A stretch of DNA of 51,374 bases, from the sequence record NC_105433.1, one strand, 5' to 3'. Positions within the stretch are counted from its first letter, which is position 1, and each line of letters opens with the position of its first letter. The stretch comes from a phage. Both the position numbers and the translations under genes were made by a program. The notes beneath the pieces were generated by a model. The model was not told the DNA's origin. It ran no database searches and saw nothing but the letters and a program-made list of their open reading frames with translations. Of the stretch, positions 19,401 to 28,285 are shown piece by piece.

Positions 19401-20060
19401 CAGGCCGTTCAGCAGCTTGACGCTAAGTTCACGAAAGAGATAAACGACCTTGACGGAGTTATCAAAACAGAAGTCGAGGCTAACATCTCAGAAGTGAAAC
19501 AGGCGATCGCCAATGAGACAGAGGCAAGGGTTCAGGCTGACCAGGCTTTAACAGCTAAATTCGGAGATGTTGAATCAGCACTAGCCGAAAAACTTGATTC
19601 GTGGGCTAACGTTGATTCTGTTGGCGCTAAGTACGCTATGAAATTGGGCCTTACTTACAAGGGGCAGAAGTACAGCGCAGGAATGATCATGCAGTTGTCG
19701 CAATCTTCTCAAGGCCTGATCTCGCAAATCTTGTTCGATGCTAACAGGTTCGCGATCATGACTAGCTCTACTGGCGGTACGTTTACATTGCCGTTTGTAG
19801 TAGAAAATAACCAGGTGTTTATCAACAGTTTGTTGGTGAAAAACGGGTCCATTACTAACGCAATGATTGGTAACGTGATTCAGTCAAATAACTTTGTTCA
19901 GAATCAGCAAGGGTGGAGGCTTGATAAAAATGGTAACTTTGAGAACTACGGAACGAGAGCGGGGGAAGGAGCTACAAAATTCACTAACGAAGGCTTAAAG
20001 GTGAAAGATGCAAATGGACGATTGAGGGTTGAGATAGGGAGAATAACCGGAAGTTGGTAA
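16482..20060 (+). CDS. Central tail fibre / host specificity protein (lambda gpJ-like)
   Basis: ORF frame 16431..20060 begins at a TTG; first ATG is at 16482; about 1192 aa; last large gene of the tail module; C-terminal tandem repeats of about 40 aa. Confidence 0.85.
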   Translation: MAKYMISGSKGGSKKPYVPKEMEDNLISINKIKVLLAVSDGECDPNFTLRDLYLDDVPVIASDGTVNYEGVTAEYRPGTQTQDYIQGFTDTSSEVTVSRDITADNPYVISVTNKNLSAIRIKILMPVGMKQEDNGDLVGVRVQYAVDMAVDGGSYNEVMRDVIDGKTRSGYDRSRRIDLPKFDERVLIRVKRLTPDSTSSKVTDKIKLQSYAEVVDAKFRYPLTGLVFVEFDSELFPTQIPNISIKKKWKIINVPSNYDPISREYHGSWDGTFKKAWSNNPAWVLYDLVTNQRYGLDQRELGIQIDKWSLYEAGVYCDQKVPDGKGGTEPRYLCDVVIQNQVEAYQLIRDICSIFRGMSFWNGESLSIVIDKPRDPSYVFTNENVINGDFQYTTASEKSMYTQCNVTFDDEQNMYQQDVEGVFDTEAALRFGYNPTSITAIGCTRRSEANRRGRWVLKTNLRSTTVNFATGLEGMIPSIGDVIAIADNFQSSNLTLNLSGRVMEVSGLQVFVPFKVDARPGDFIIINKPDGKPVKRTISKVSADGKTIELNIGFGFDVKPDTVFAIDRTDLALQQYVVTTISKGDDENEFTYSITAVEYDPNKYDEIDYGVNIDDRPTSIVQPDVMAAPENVQISSYSRVVQGVSVETMVVSWEKVPYASLYEMQWRKGDGNWLNTPQTANKEIEVEGIYSGNYQVRVRSVSASGNTSPWSKIATATLTGKVGEPGAPINLTASDNEVFGIRVKWGMPEGSGDTAYIELHQSPDGTVENSSLLTLIPYPQYEYWHSTLPAGQVVWYRIRSVDRIGNVSGWTDFVRGMASDDVESVLGDILDKIFDTEAGQEIKENAIDSANKIKDQAQSIIQNALANDADVKWTRVQNGKRKAEYGHALELIANETEARVTQIEELKASIDEDIVSSIKTVQEAIANESETRATQVQQLDSKFTKEIDGVKRDTAASIGEVRQTITNESEARAQAVQQLDAKFTKEINDLDGVIKTEVEANISEVKQAIANETEARVQADQALTAKFGDVESALAEKLDSWANVDSVGAKYAMKLGLTYKGQKYSAGMIMQLSQSSQGLISQILFDANRFAIMTSSTGGTFTLPFVVENNQVFINSLLVKNGSITNAMIGNVIQSNNFVQNQQGWRLDKNGNFENYGTRAGEGATKFTNEGLKVKDANGRLRVEIGRITGSW

Positions 20061-20090
20061 AAAAAGGGGGCGTGGCCCCCTTTAATTTTA
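20061..20090. terminator. Bidirectional terminator between convergent J (+) and minus-strand genes
   Basis: gggggc-gtg-gccccc hairpin flanked by an A-run upstream and T-rich sequence downstream. Confidence 0.6.
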
Positions 20091-20702
20091 ATCATAGTGC
20101 GATGAATTTATAACCAAAACAGATGATGCCGTGTAAATACCAACAGGACCAGAAGTTTGCGCAACCTGCCTAGATAAAGAATATACCCCGTTGCCATAAG
20201 CGGCAGCTTGAGACTCAAATATCATGAATCCACCTAAAGACGGATTGGGCACAGAGTTTAAAGCTGTTAGTGATGGCATGATGGCGCAAGGGTATCCCAA
20301 GTTAACGTCAAAAGCGATCCCGCTTACAGATACAAGTTTTGCATCCAAAGGCTTCATCTTTCCATGATAAACCATCTCACCATTAGCATTATAAAAAGCT
20401 ATTCCGTGACTACCAGGAGGAGTAACCATGTTGCTAAAAGCATAAACAAATACCTCGCCTTGATTGTCTGACTTTTCTATCTTTATTGCGTGCTTCCCAC
20501 CATTATTAAACTGAGTAAATGCTATGTATGATTTTGATGTTAATCTTACAAAAAAGAAGCACGGTCTATTTATTGGTATAGAAGTATTAAAAACGGTTCC
20601 TGTTCTTGCTGATATTTTCCCTTTATCTATAAGGTTAACAGGAGTGAAATCTGGACTTAACCACAATGAACCGTCTGGTTTTTTTATGCTCATTCCGTAC
20701 AT
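20088..20702 (-). CDS. Hypothetical protein, third gene of the lipoprotein operon
   Basis: ORF 20088..20714 begins at a TTG; first ATG at 20702 with RBS ggggg; about 204 aa; start overlaps the stop of the upstream gene. Confidence 0.5.
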   Translation of the reverse strand: MYGMSIKKPDGSLWLSPDFTPVNLIDKGKISARTGTVFNTSIPINRPCFFFVRLTSKSYIAFTQFNNGGKHAIKIEKSDNQGEVFVYAFSNMVTPPGSHGIAFYNANGEMVYHGKMKPLDAKLVSVSGIAFDVNLGYPCAIMPSLTALNSVPNPSLGGFMIFESQAAAYGNGVYSLSRQVAQTSGPVGIYTASSVLVINSSHYD

Positions 20703-20704
20703 TA

Positions 20705-20983
20705 TTACCCCCAAAAAGTATATATATATCTTGAGTCAGATCCAGAAAGGCCACTCCATGTAACGGTATCACCACTTACACCCAACTTTGGAGCGCCTGG
20801 ATCGCCTCCTCGCCACGAATTCATTCCAACATATATTGCTTTCAAAGACTTACCTGGAGGCCTGTTTGAGTAGGTCTTACTGCCGGATGATTGAGTAAAT
20901 TTATCCAAGAAAAAAACTGGAGTTAAAAGGCCAGTAACATTTCTACCTTGCTCATCATATATTGCATACCCATATTCAGCCAT
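20705..20983 (-). CDS. Hypothetical protein
   Basis: 92 aa; RBS gaggtg; translationally coupled to its neighbours. Confidence 0.5.
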   Translation of the reverse strand: MAEYGYAIYDEQGRNVTGLLTPVFFLDKFTQSSGSKTYSNRPPGKSLKAIYVGMNSWRGGDPGAPKLGVSGDTVTWSGLSGSDSRYIYTFWG

Positions 20984-21251
20984 TTTTGCACCTCAAATCA
21001 ATGAATTTTCTTTCATCTTGCCAACGGTTGATAAATTTAACTTCTTTATTGTCAACGCTCAACCTGTATTGCTTTTGGCTGAATCTGTTTTCGCGTACCG
21101 CATTAATTTTAACTTCATGGAATCCGTTAACAGGGAATGTTTTAACGTTAAATTTTGCCGTGCAATCGATCTCCTTGAAGTTGCCAGTAGGCGAAGAAGA
21201 ACATCCGGTCAGGGCTGCTACGGTGGCGATAACTGCGATTAATTTTTTCAT
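20976..21251 (-). CDS. Lipoprotein, candidate Cor/Llp-like receptor-blocking superinfection exclusion protein
   Basis: ORF 20976..21257 begins at a TTG; ATG at 21251 with RBS aaggggg; signal peptide with lipobox LTGC; about 91 aa; antisense to and adjacent to the tail genes. Confidence 0.5.
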   Translation of the reverse strand: MKKLIAVIATVAALTGCSSSPTGNFKEIDCTAKFNVKTFPVNGFHEVKINAVRENRFSQKQYRLSVDNKEVKFINRWQDERKFIDLRCKNG

Positions 21252-21283
21252 CTTCAATACCCCCTTAGTTGTTGTTGGCTGTA

Positions 21284-21327
21284 ACTATACACGATCCGGC
21301 AAGCCGAGTTTAGCAAAAAGTGCTACT
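21284..21327 (-). promoter_or_regulatory. Box-type promoter for the lipoprotein operon
   Basis: On the minus strand: gtagcactttttgctaaa, about 21 nt, then tatagt, then RBS and ATG of the lipoprotein gene. Confidence 0.45.
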
Positions 21328-21419
21328 TGTTATTTTTTGTTTTCCGGTGTTATCGGATTTAAGACGGCGTAAATTTAGCGCAAATTTTAGCCAACATAAG
21401 AACAATAAATAATCAATAA

Positions 21420-21615
21420 AATAGGTATATACATATAAAATCAATAGTTTATTTATTTATGTATGTGTATTTGTTTTTTCTTGTTATCTGTGTTTCTTGT
21501 GGTTTTGGTTGTTTGTGGTGATTTTTCTTTCTGAGTATCTGTATGTGCCATCATTCATGTGTATGTATATAATCCGGCGTATCTGAGAGAACAAGGGAAC
21601 AAGAAAAATAACACA
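21420..21615 (+). repeat. Noncoding block A, homologous to block B at 42480..42690
   Basis: Ordered sub-blocks: atttatttat AT-rich run, G/T-rich run (tgtgtttcttgtggttttggttgtttgtggtg), then gtatgtatataatccggcg...aacaagaaaaataaca. Confidence 0.6.
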
Positions 21616-21695
21616 TATTAATCATTAACTTACGCGTAAAATTTGTTTTATTGCCATCTGAGAACGTTTAGAAAACAGAAAAAACAAAACAACTA

Positions 21696-21723
21696 TTGAC
21701 TAAATCAACCAAATGGCTACAAT
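21696..21723 (+). promoter_or_regulatory. Near-consensus sigma70 promoter (TTGACT, 16 nt, TACAAT) for the recombination operon
   Basis: ttgact at about 21696-21701 and tacaat at about 21718-21723; RBS gaggag; ATG at 21754. Confidence 0.65.
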
Positions 21724-21753
21724 GCACACACAAAGCAACGAGGAGCATTAAAG

Positions 21754-22809
21754 ATGAGTGATTTTAACGCCTATACTAGCGAAGAAATGAGCAATGAACT
21801 TTATCATGATCCTAACGCGTGGACGGCTGAATACGTCAGCGGTTCCAGCCTGGCGGAGATTTACAGCACTTGCCCTGCGTACTGGAAGTACAAGCCTCGC
21901 CAGGAAACCAAAGCACTTGTTTTCGGTACGCAGTCGCATACCAATTTTGAAAGCAAGGAGTTATTCGAAAAAACATATCGCCGCGCACCGTCGCAGGATG
22001 ATTTTAAAGATCTGATCACAAGTCAAACGGCGTTGGCCTCAAAGCTGAAATCTTTTGGCCTGAAAGGTACAACTGGTAAGCAATACCCCGAATTGCTGGA
22101 AATGCTGTACAAGTGCGGTGAGGATCTCAATGTATGGTGGCTTATCGAAATGATGGCAGAATGCCAGGCCGCAGCGGACGGCGTGCAGTTAATCGACGCG
22201 AAAGATTATGATGCCTGTGTAGCGATGCGGCGCGTACTTGAGGCAATACCTGAGCATAATGCTTGCATGAATAGCCCAACCGCGCAGCGTGAAATGTCAA
22301 TATTCGGGATCATCAATGGCGTAAAAGTTAAAGTGCGCCTTGATCACGTTGACGTAAACAAGGATGTAAAGGCCACAATCATTAACGGTTACGACGAAAA
22401 AGGCCGACCGATTTATGAAGAAGTCATCTATCCAGAAGCTGTGATTATAACTGACTATAAAACAACGGTTAGCGCAAATCCGGTTGACTTCCAGCGTCTG
22501 GCTTACAATCACGGCTATTATCTCAAAATGGCTTTGCAACATGATTTATTCAAAAAGGCGTATCCAGACGAGGAAAGACCAGTAATTGTGAGATTGCTTG
22601 CTCAAGAGAAGAAAGAGCCTTACTTGCCGCTCGCATTCCGAATGAACATTGAGCAATTGAAGATCGGGCGTATCCAGTACATGAGCGTGATCAACAAGTT
22701 CAACGTTTGCCAACAGTTAGATGAATGGCCTTCGTATGCAAACGGACAACCAGAAATTGATCTTGATACTCCTGATTGGGTTCGCGCTCAATTCAGGCAG
22801 TATCTATAA
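21754..22809 (+). CDS. Recombination exonuclease (PD-(D/E)XK, RecB/Cas4-like, putative)
   Basis: 351 aa; IITDYKTT segment resembling nuclease motif III; first gene of an operon with Erf-like and SSB genes. Confidence 0.6.
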   Translation: MSDFNAYTSEEMSNELYHDPNAWTAEYVSGSSLAEIYSTCPAYWKYKPRQETKALVFGTQSHTNFESKELFEKTYRRAPSQDDFKDLITSQTALASKLKSFGLKGTTGKQYPELLEMLYKCGEDLNVWWLIEMMAECQAAADGVQLIDAKDYDACVAMRRVLEAIPEHNACMNSPTAQREMSIFGIINGVKVKVRLDHVDVNKDVKATIINGYDEKGRPIYEEVIYPEAVIITDYKTTVSANPVDFQRLAYNHGYYLKMALQHDLFKKAYPDEERPVIVRLLAQEKKEPYLPLAFRMNIEQLKIGRIQYMSVINKFNVCQQLDEWPSYANGQPEIDLDTPDWVRAQFRQYL

Positions 22810-22814
22810 CAAAC

Positions 22815-22862
22815 TAAACAAATAGCTAAACTTTTATAATGGTTGGTGATATAATTCGCCAA
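22815..22862 (+). promoter_or_regulatory. Degenerate box plus hairpin-enclosed TATAAT
   Basis: aaatagctaaactttt followed by tataat and a ggttgg...ccaacc stem whose loop contains a second tataat. Confidence 0.3.
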
Positions 22863-22884
22863 CCAGATAACAGGAGAATGAGAA

Positions 22885-23142
22885 ATGACAGACAAAGACA
22901 ATGCCACATTATTGCATTTAGAACGATTCATTGATCGAGTAACCATTGCAATGAAAGAATTTATTAAGCCGATGAACATTAAAGAGTCGGAAGAAATGAA
23001 GACTTACATCAAGGACGTGGTTGCATCCATTGACAACGTTATCCTTGTTGCAACGATGAGCAAGGGAAACAAAGAGCGCGAGAGGTTGGTTACTGAATCA
23101 ACAGAAGAATTTATTAAAATGCTTGAAAGCGAGAAGGAATAA
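22885..23142 (+). CDS. Hypothetical protein
   Basis: 85 aa; RBS caggag; between exonuclease and Erf-like genes. Confidence 0.5.
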   Translation: MTDKDNATLLHLERFIDRVTIAMKEFIKPMNIKESEEMKTYIKDVVASIDNVILVATMSKGNKERERLVTESTEEFIKMLESEKE

Positions 23143-23799
<657 letters not shown>

Positions 23800-23804
23800 T
23801 AAAC

Positions 23805-23826
23805 GGGGCGCTTGCGCCCCTTTTGT
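23805..23826 (+). terminator. Hairpin plus short T-run between the Erf-like and SSB genes
   Basis: ggggcg-cttg-cgcccc followed by ttttgtc. Confidence 0.5.
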
Positions 23827-23842
23827 CATAGGAGAAAACAAA

Positions 23843-24295
23843 ATGCACGTTATTACAGGTGAGATCCGAAAAGAGCCAAAAGTAAAGCAAATGCCTAACG
23901 GCAGCACGCTATATGTTGTTGAGCTTTCCGAGCGATACAAAGACCGAGAGGGAAATTGGCAGTATACAAACTATGTGTTTTTCTTTAACGCGAAAACAGA
24001 CGGCCTGAATGGTTGGTATGCTGAGGCTTTCCAAGTAGGAAAGGTTATTTCTGTTTCCTGCGATACCTTGCGAGTTGAAACGCGAGAATACAACGGAAAG
24101 ATCTACAGCACCGTGCAGCCTGGCGGATTTGCAAACCTGATATTTAGCCAGCGCGGAGAAAGCCAGCAACAATATCAGCAGCGAACGCAAGGAGGCTGGG
24201 GGCAACCACAACAGCAACAGCAACAAAATACTCAACAGCAGCCACAGCAAAGCAATCAGCCGCCAATTGACTTTGACGATGATATACCATTCTAA
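23843..24295 (+). CDS. ssb: Single-stranded DNA-binding protein
   Basis: ORF frame 23792..24295; ATG at 23843 has RBS aggaga; Gln/Pro-rich linker and acidic C-terminal tip DFDDDIPF. Confidence 0.85.
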   Translation: MHVITGEIRKEPKVKQMPNGSTLYVVELSERYKDREGNWQYTNYVFFFNAKTDGLNGWYAEAFQVGKVISVSCDTLRVETREYNGKIYSTVQPGGFANLIFSQRGESQQQYQQRTQGGWGQPQQQQQQNTQQQPQQSNQPPIDFDDDIPF

Positions 24296-24300
24296 TGACA

Positions 24301-24327
24301 AAAAGCCCCGCATATGCGGGGCATTTT
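24301..24327. terminator. Bidirectional terminator between convergent ssb (+) and tail fibre (-)
   Basis: gccccgcatatgcggggc palindrome flanked by aaaa and ttttt. Confidence 0.65.
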
Positions 24328-26630
24328 TATTTGAGATCAACAAGTTTTGCAACCATCGACTTTAATTCGTCAACCTCACTTCTTAGCGATCGCAATTCCT
24401 CCTCCTGCTCTTTGCAAACTTGCAATATGTATGCAGTTACCGCTGAGTAGTCAACTTGTAGAAATCTTTCCTTTCCAATAAGTTCGCTACCGTCTTTTGT
24501 TGGGCCATGCAATTGCTGATAATCCTCAAAAGAACTAATAGCCTCCGGCACAACCTCCATGATCTCTTGAGCTATAACTCCAGCATAAGGCATACCATCT
24601 TTCTTTAACGTGTATGTATACCCACTAACTTTCTCAAGACCTAGCCTTGCATTTTCAATTGGTTTAATGTCAGTTTTCAAATCTCTGTCTGACCCCTGGT
24701 TAAATGCTGTTGCGTTCACAGGTCCGTTAACTTGCAGTTGTCTAGAGTTATTTGAGTTTAACTGAGCATAGAAAACCCACCCAGGTCCGTTATCAAAACC
24801 CCACTCAATAACCGACGCCCTATCAGACCCGTTACCCCATAATTTGAAGGTTGCAGGGTGCGACGAGTTGCCGTCGTTAAGCATTTTGAAATACTTGCCA
24901 CTCGGACGGTCGATCTCTAAACTTGCGGCCTGGACGTATGCTTTGCCTGCAAAGTTCTTTGTACCCATCACAACGCCGTCGGTGATCAACTCAACCTTAG
25001 AAGACGTGAGGTTGTTCAGAAACAGCGCGCTCGTTCCGGTGTCCTTCCCTAAAAACCAAAGACGTGTGCCAGCGGAGTTGTACCCTGTTACGTGCAGTGG
25101 TTGGTTGTTTGTTGACGCTGTTCCGTCGATACGAAAACCGCCATTAGCGGTTGTAACTTTAATGCTTGGTACGGTCATAGCGAATGTGCCACTGGCCGCA
25201 AGGCCGTTATACGCGATCAGCTTGTTGTCATACGCAAGCTCACCATTGTCGCGCATTTGTAGCACTTTCTGCGACGTCCCGTTGCGAATGCCAACATCCG
25301 TGCCGCCTACAAACATTTCGACGATTCGATTACCGCTTTTAGCTCTCACGTAAGCGTTATATTCCGGCGACGACCCCGCGTTATACAGTTCGTACCACTG
25401 CGACCAGGTGTCAGTTGCCCCGTTGCTAATCCAGCGCATCCATTTACGACCGTAACGGTATGAGGTGTACGTTTGTATGCAGCTTTTCGGATTGTTAGCT
25501 CCAGTCCTCTGCACCAACAAACAACCTGCCGTCACGGAAGGGTAGTTTCGCTCAGCAGTGGCGTTTGCAGTCAGTGACTGATAGTAAAAACCAGACTTAT
25601 CACCTTTCAGATCATTAAGGTTCTCAGTTGCCAGTGATTTCTGTCTTTCGTGCATGGCTTGAAGGTTGGCGCGCGCTCCCTGGTCGTTCGATGCTCCTGT
25701 CCCGCCGTCCCCGATCGCCACGTCACCGTTAGCACCCAGCTTCGCCAGTTCAATGGCGCCCACATTTCCAGATGAGCCGTTAATCGCGGCATTGTTTCCA
25801 GCGAAAACCTTCACGCGAGATGTCTGGTAGTCAACGTTAAACGCAAAAAATGTGTCACCAGCCCCGCCGCACACCCCTGGACCATACCTGAACGGCGTCA
25901 TCTCGCCAGAAGGGAACTGCGTAATATCATCGACGCGCCAGAATCCTCCTTTGACAGTATCGCGCAACCGCTTGAGCATATCCCTTACGCCAGTCGGCGC
26001 AGGTAATGTTACACCCGCATACGGCACTCTATTCTGAGCCTCTGAGCTTCCAGCAGCAGCCTCTGCTCGATCAGCCTCTGTTTTAGCCTTGTTTGCACTA
26101 TTTGCGGCATTAGTTTCCGATGTTTTAGCCGCATTCTTACTTGCATTGGCTGCATTTTCAGATGCTTTGGCATTAGTTTCCGATGTTTTAGCGTTTGTTT
26201 CAGAAGTCTTTGCAGCACTAGCGCTTTGTTTTGCTGATTCAGCGCCTTGTTTCACCTGATTTACAAGATCTTTCAACCCATCAAGATCGAAATCTCTAAA
26301 AAATTCAAGCGCGTCAGCGATCTCCGTTTCCTTGCTTTGATAGTAACGCAGTGTTTCCGCTACGTCCTGCGCCAGCCCGTCAACCGTTAACGAGTCATGA
26401 AGCAAGATCAGGTAATTTGTCTTCTGGACTACCGCGCCGCCAGTAGTAATTGCGCGAATGCTTGTATCGCTAATCACTTCTGTAATAACAGCAGCTTGCA
26501 AAGGTTGGGTAAGAAAGAAAATTGTTGCACCTGGGCGAATCAAGGTTAATTGTTCACGCCATTTTGTGTCGTAACCAGTCACATAACCTTGCGCGTCCAT
26601 AGACGCTTGGCCTTGTCTGTAAATCGCCAT
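24327..26630 (-). CDS. Tail fibre protein with C-terminal intramolecular chaperone (peptidase S74-like) domain
   Basis: ORF 24327..26654; ATG at 26630 has RBS taggagg; low-complexity AKTSETNAK repeats; C-terminal [30 protein letters not shown]...GVIAQEI resembles autoproteolytic chaperone domains. Confidence 0.75.
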   Translation of the reverse strand: MAIYRQGQASMDAQGYVTGYDTKWREQLTLIRPGATIFFLTQPLQAAVITEVISDTSIRAITTGGAVVQKTNYLILLHDSLTVDGLAQDVAETLRYYQSKETEIADALEFFRDFDLDGLKDLVNQVKQGAESAKQSASAAKTSETNAKTSETNAKASENAANASKNAAKTSETNAANSANKAKTEADRAEAAAGSSEAQNRVPYAGVTLPAPTGVRDMLKRLRDTVKGGFWRVDDITQFPSGEMTPFRYGPGVCGGAGDTFFAFNVDYQTSRVKVFAGNNAAINGSSGNVGAIELAKLGANGDVAIGDGGTGASNDQGARANLQAMHERQKSLATENLNDLKGDKSGFYYQSLTANATAERNYPSVTAGCLLVQRTGANNPKSCIQTYTSYRYGRKWMRWISNGATDTWSQWYELYNAGSSPEYNAYVRAKSGNRIVEMFVGGTDVGIRNGTSQKVLQMRDNGELAYDNKLIAYNGLAASGTFAMTVPSIKVTTANGGFRIDGTASTNNQPLHVTGYNSAGTRLWFLGKDTGTSALFLNNLTSSKVELITDGVVMGTKNFAGKAYVQAASLEIDRPSGKYFKMLNDGNSSHPATFKLWGNGSDRASVIEWGFDNGPGWVFYAQLNSNNSRQLQVNGPVNATAFNQGSDRDLKTDIKPIENARLGLEKVSGYTYTLKKDGMPYAGVIAQEIMEVVPEAISSFEDYQQLHGPTKDGSELIGKERFLQVDYSAVTAYILQVCKEQEEELRSLRSEVDELKSMVAKLVDLK

Positions 26631-26645
26631 TTGTAAAATCCTCCT

Positions 26646-26666
26646 AAATAGCACTTTTTGCTAATG
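26646..26666 (+). promoter_or_regulatory. Forward-strand box copy antisense to the tail fibre gene, abutting its RBS
   Basis: aaatagcactttttgctaatg on the plus strand; a second partial copy aatagcatttt about 20 nt downstream. Confidence 0.3.
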
Positions 26667-26693
26667 ACAATGCAGATAATAGCATTTTCAAGT

Positions 26694-26719
26694 GTAAAAA
26701 AAAACCCCGCATAAGCGGG
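26694..26719 (-). terminator. Intrinsic terminator after the primase gene (minus strand)
   Basis: Minus strand reads ccccgc-ttat-gcgggg followed by 9 T. Confidence 0.65.
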
Positions 26720-26736
26720 GCAATACTAGCGGAGTT

Positions 26737-27666
26737 TTATAGCAGTGATTCAGGCTTGTAGATTTTTCTTTCTACACCCTGTTTAAAATTATCGTTAACA
26801 GGCATCATTATGTCAAGCCCTCTTTCCTCTGCCGCGATTATCACATCACGATCATCTTTCCGGCAGACTACGCGCATTCTTCTTTCTCCTTTATATCTAT
26901 GCGCAACCATTTCAAGATTTGAAGGAGTAAAACATGCCCACACCTCTTGACCAGTTGATAAATGAACGTGTTGGGAGTCAACCCAATCAAGGCACAAATA
27001 GATCGTCTTATCTGTGCTACCTGTTTTAACAACAGATCCGCGCGTGTAGTCGCGAGCTAAAAACCAATCCTTTCCATCCTCATCAATGAAAAGCACGTTA
27101 CACATTTCATCATCCAGCCCGTCATCATGCACCAGGTGACAAGGTAGCGCGTGAATGTATCGACCATCCTTGACGCCGCAATCATAATGACAATCTTCCG
27201 GCGGATATATCCCCTCATAAACGCTTAATGGTGTGCGATCGAATTTTAATGTTTTTGCCATCACTTTTTCGCAGCATTCATGACTTGCCTGTTTCCCGAA
27301 CGAGTAGCCAGAAGAACGTGAAGCGCGTTTGTTTGCTCTGATCCTGTAATCCTGCGGCACTTTTCCGAGGAAGCGACCCAAAATGTTGATGGCCTCGCTG
27401 TAAGGTTCGCCAGTTAATTTCATTAACCAACCGATCCCCGTGTCGTTACCGCACACGTTGCAGATCGCGCCGCCGTCGCCCTCTTCATTTAGCTTATCAG
27501 TCCATCTAAAACGATCCTTACCGCCGCAGTGTGGGCAAGGCTGATGCTTTTTGTTGAAAACATCGCTATGCAGTCCGCAAATGCTTTGTAGTGCTTCACG
27601 CCATAACCCCTTCATATATGGCAAAACATCTTCTTTCTGATAGGTCATAAAGTTTTCAGTATTCAT
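26737..27666 (-). CDS. DNA primase (zinc-binding plus Toprim-like)
   Basis: ORF 26737..27744; ATG at 27666 has RBS gagg; CPHCGG...CNVCG zinc motif; acidic C-terminal region; adjacent to the helicase. Confidence 0.7.
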   Translation of the reverse strand: MNTENFMTYQKEDVLPYMKGLWREALQSICGLHSDVFNKKHQPCPHCGGKDRFRWTDKLNEEGDGGAICNVCGNDTGIGWLMKLTGEPYSEAINILGRFLGKVPQDYRIRANKRASRSSGYSFGKQASHECCEKVMAKTLKFDRTPLSVYEGIYPPEDCHYDCGVKDGRYIHALPCHLVHDDGLDDEMCNVLFIDEDGKDWFLARDYTRGSVVKTGSTDKTIYLCLDWVDSQHVHLSTGQEVWACFTPSNLEMVAHRYKGERRMRVVCRKDDRDVIIAAEERGLDIMMPVNDNFKQGVERKIYKPESLL

Positions 27667-27674
27667 GGCAAACC

Positions 27675-27715
27675 TCAATAAAAAAGCCCAGCAAATATTA
27701 TCATTTCGCTGGGCC
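27675..27715 (-). terminator. Hairpin plus T-run between the HTH gene and primase
   Basis: Minus strand: ggcccagcgaaatgataatatttgctgggc followed by ttttttatt. Confidence 0.5.
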
Positions 27716-27721
27716 TTATCA

Positions 27722-28198
27722 TTAGCTATTCGTGCTGTTATCACCTTTGTAGAATCTTCCGCCTGGTTCGTAGTCTGAATTTTTGACTACGCGCAACATT
27801 TCGTATTTGTCGCAACGGGTAGTAAGAGGCTTGCCGTTAGAATCAAACCGCAGATCTGGACGACAAAACGAGGCGCGGTATCCTTTGCATCCATTATATT
27901 TGTAGTCGTTATGCACCTTTTGTGCTCCAGCGGCTGAAATCATACCACGCTTTCGCCACTGGTTAACGACTTGCTGAGATACGCGCAGACGTCGAGCCAT
28001 AGCAGGAACACCGCCGTAATACTCGATCAGAATGTCAAGGCGAGATTTCAGGCTTGCTTTTACCTCATCTCGCAGGATAAGAAATCCGGTTCGGTGTTTT
28101 CGTGGCTTTTTGTCTTTACCTCGTCGCGTTCCGTTGTTACCGTTAATAGTGCGCTTGTCGATCTCACCCGTAGATACTGCAATTCGTGCATCTTTCAT
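27722..28198 (-). CDS. Putative DNA-binding protein (HTH) with Cys-rich C-terminal half
   Basis: 158 aa; basic N-terminus; HTH-like VPAMARRLRVSQQVVNQWRKRG; first gene of the leftward operon. Confidence 0.5.
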   Translation of the reverse strand: MKDARIAVSTGEIDKRTINGNNGTRRGKDKKPRKHRTGFLILRDEVKASLKSRLDILIEYYGGVPAMARRLRVSQQVVNQWRKRGMISAAGAQKVHNDYKYNGCKGYRASFCRPDLRFDSNGKPLTTRCDKYEMLRVVKNSDYEPGGRFYKGDNSTNS

Positions 28199-28209
28199 CT
28201 AGTCACCTC

Positions 28210-28253
28210 ATAGCATTTTTTGTTAAAACAGTTTATTGTAATGAGTCTATTAT
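28210..28253 (+). promoter_or_regulatory. Box-type promoter upstream of the helicase
   Basis: atagcattttttgttaaaac, 22-nt spacer, then tattat; ATG at 28286. Confidence 0.45.
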
Positions 28254-28285
28254 ATACTCCAAATGGCATTTTTTAAAGGTTTAAG

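Noticed and set aside
20962-21372. 136-aa plus-strand ORF overlapping the lipoprotein gene and its promoter
   Set aside because: Antisense to a well-supported lipoprotein gene with RBS and signal peptide; runs into the promoter region with no RBS.
24844-26218. Sense-strand ORFs within the tail fibre gene region (24844..25353, 25607..25792, 25852..26037, 26009..26218)
   Set aside because: Shadow ORFs opposite or out of frame with the 767-aa tail fibre gene.
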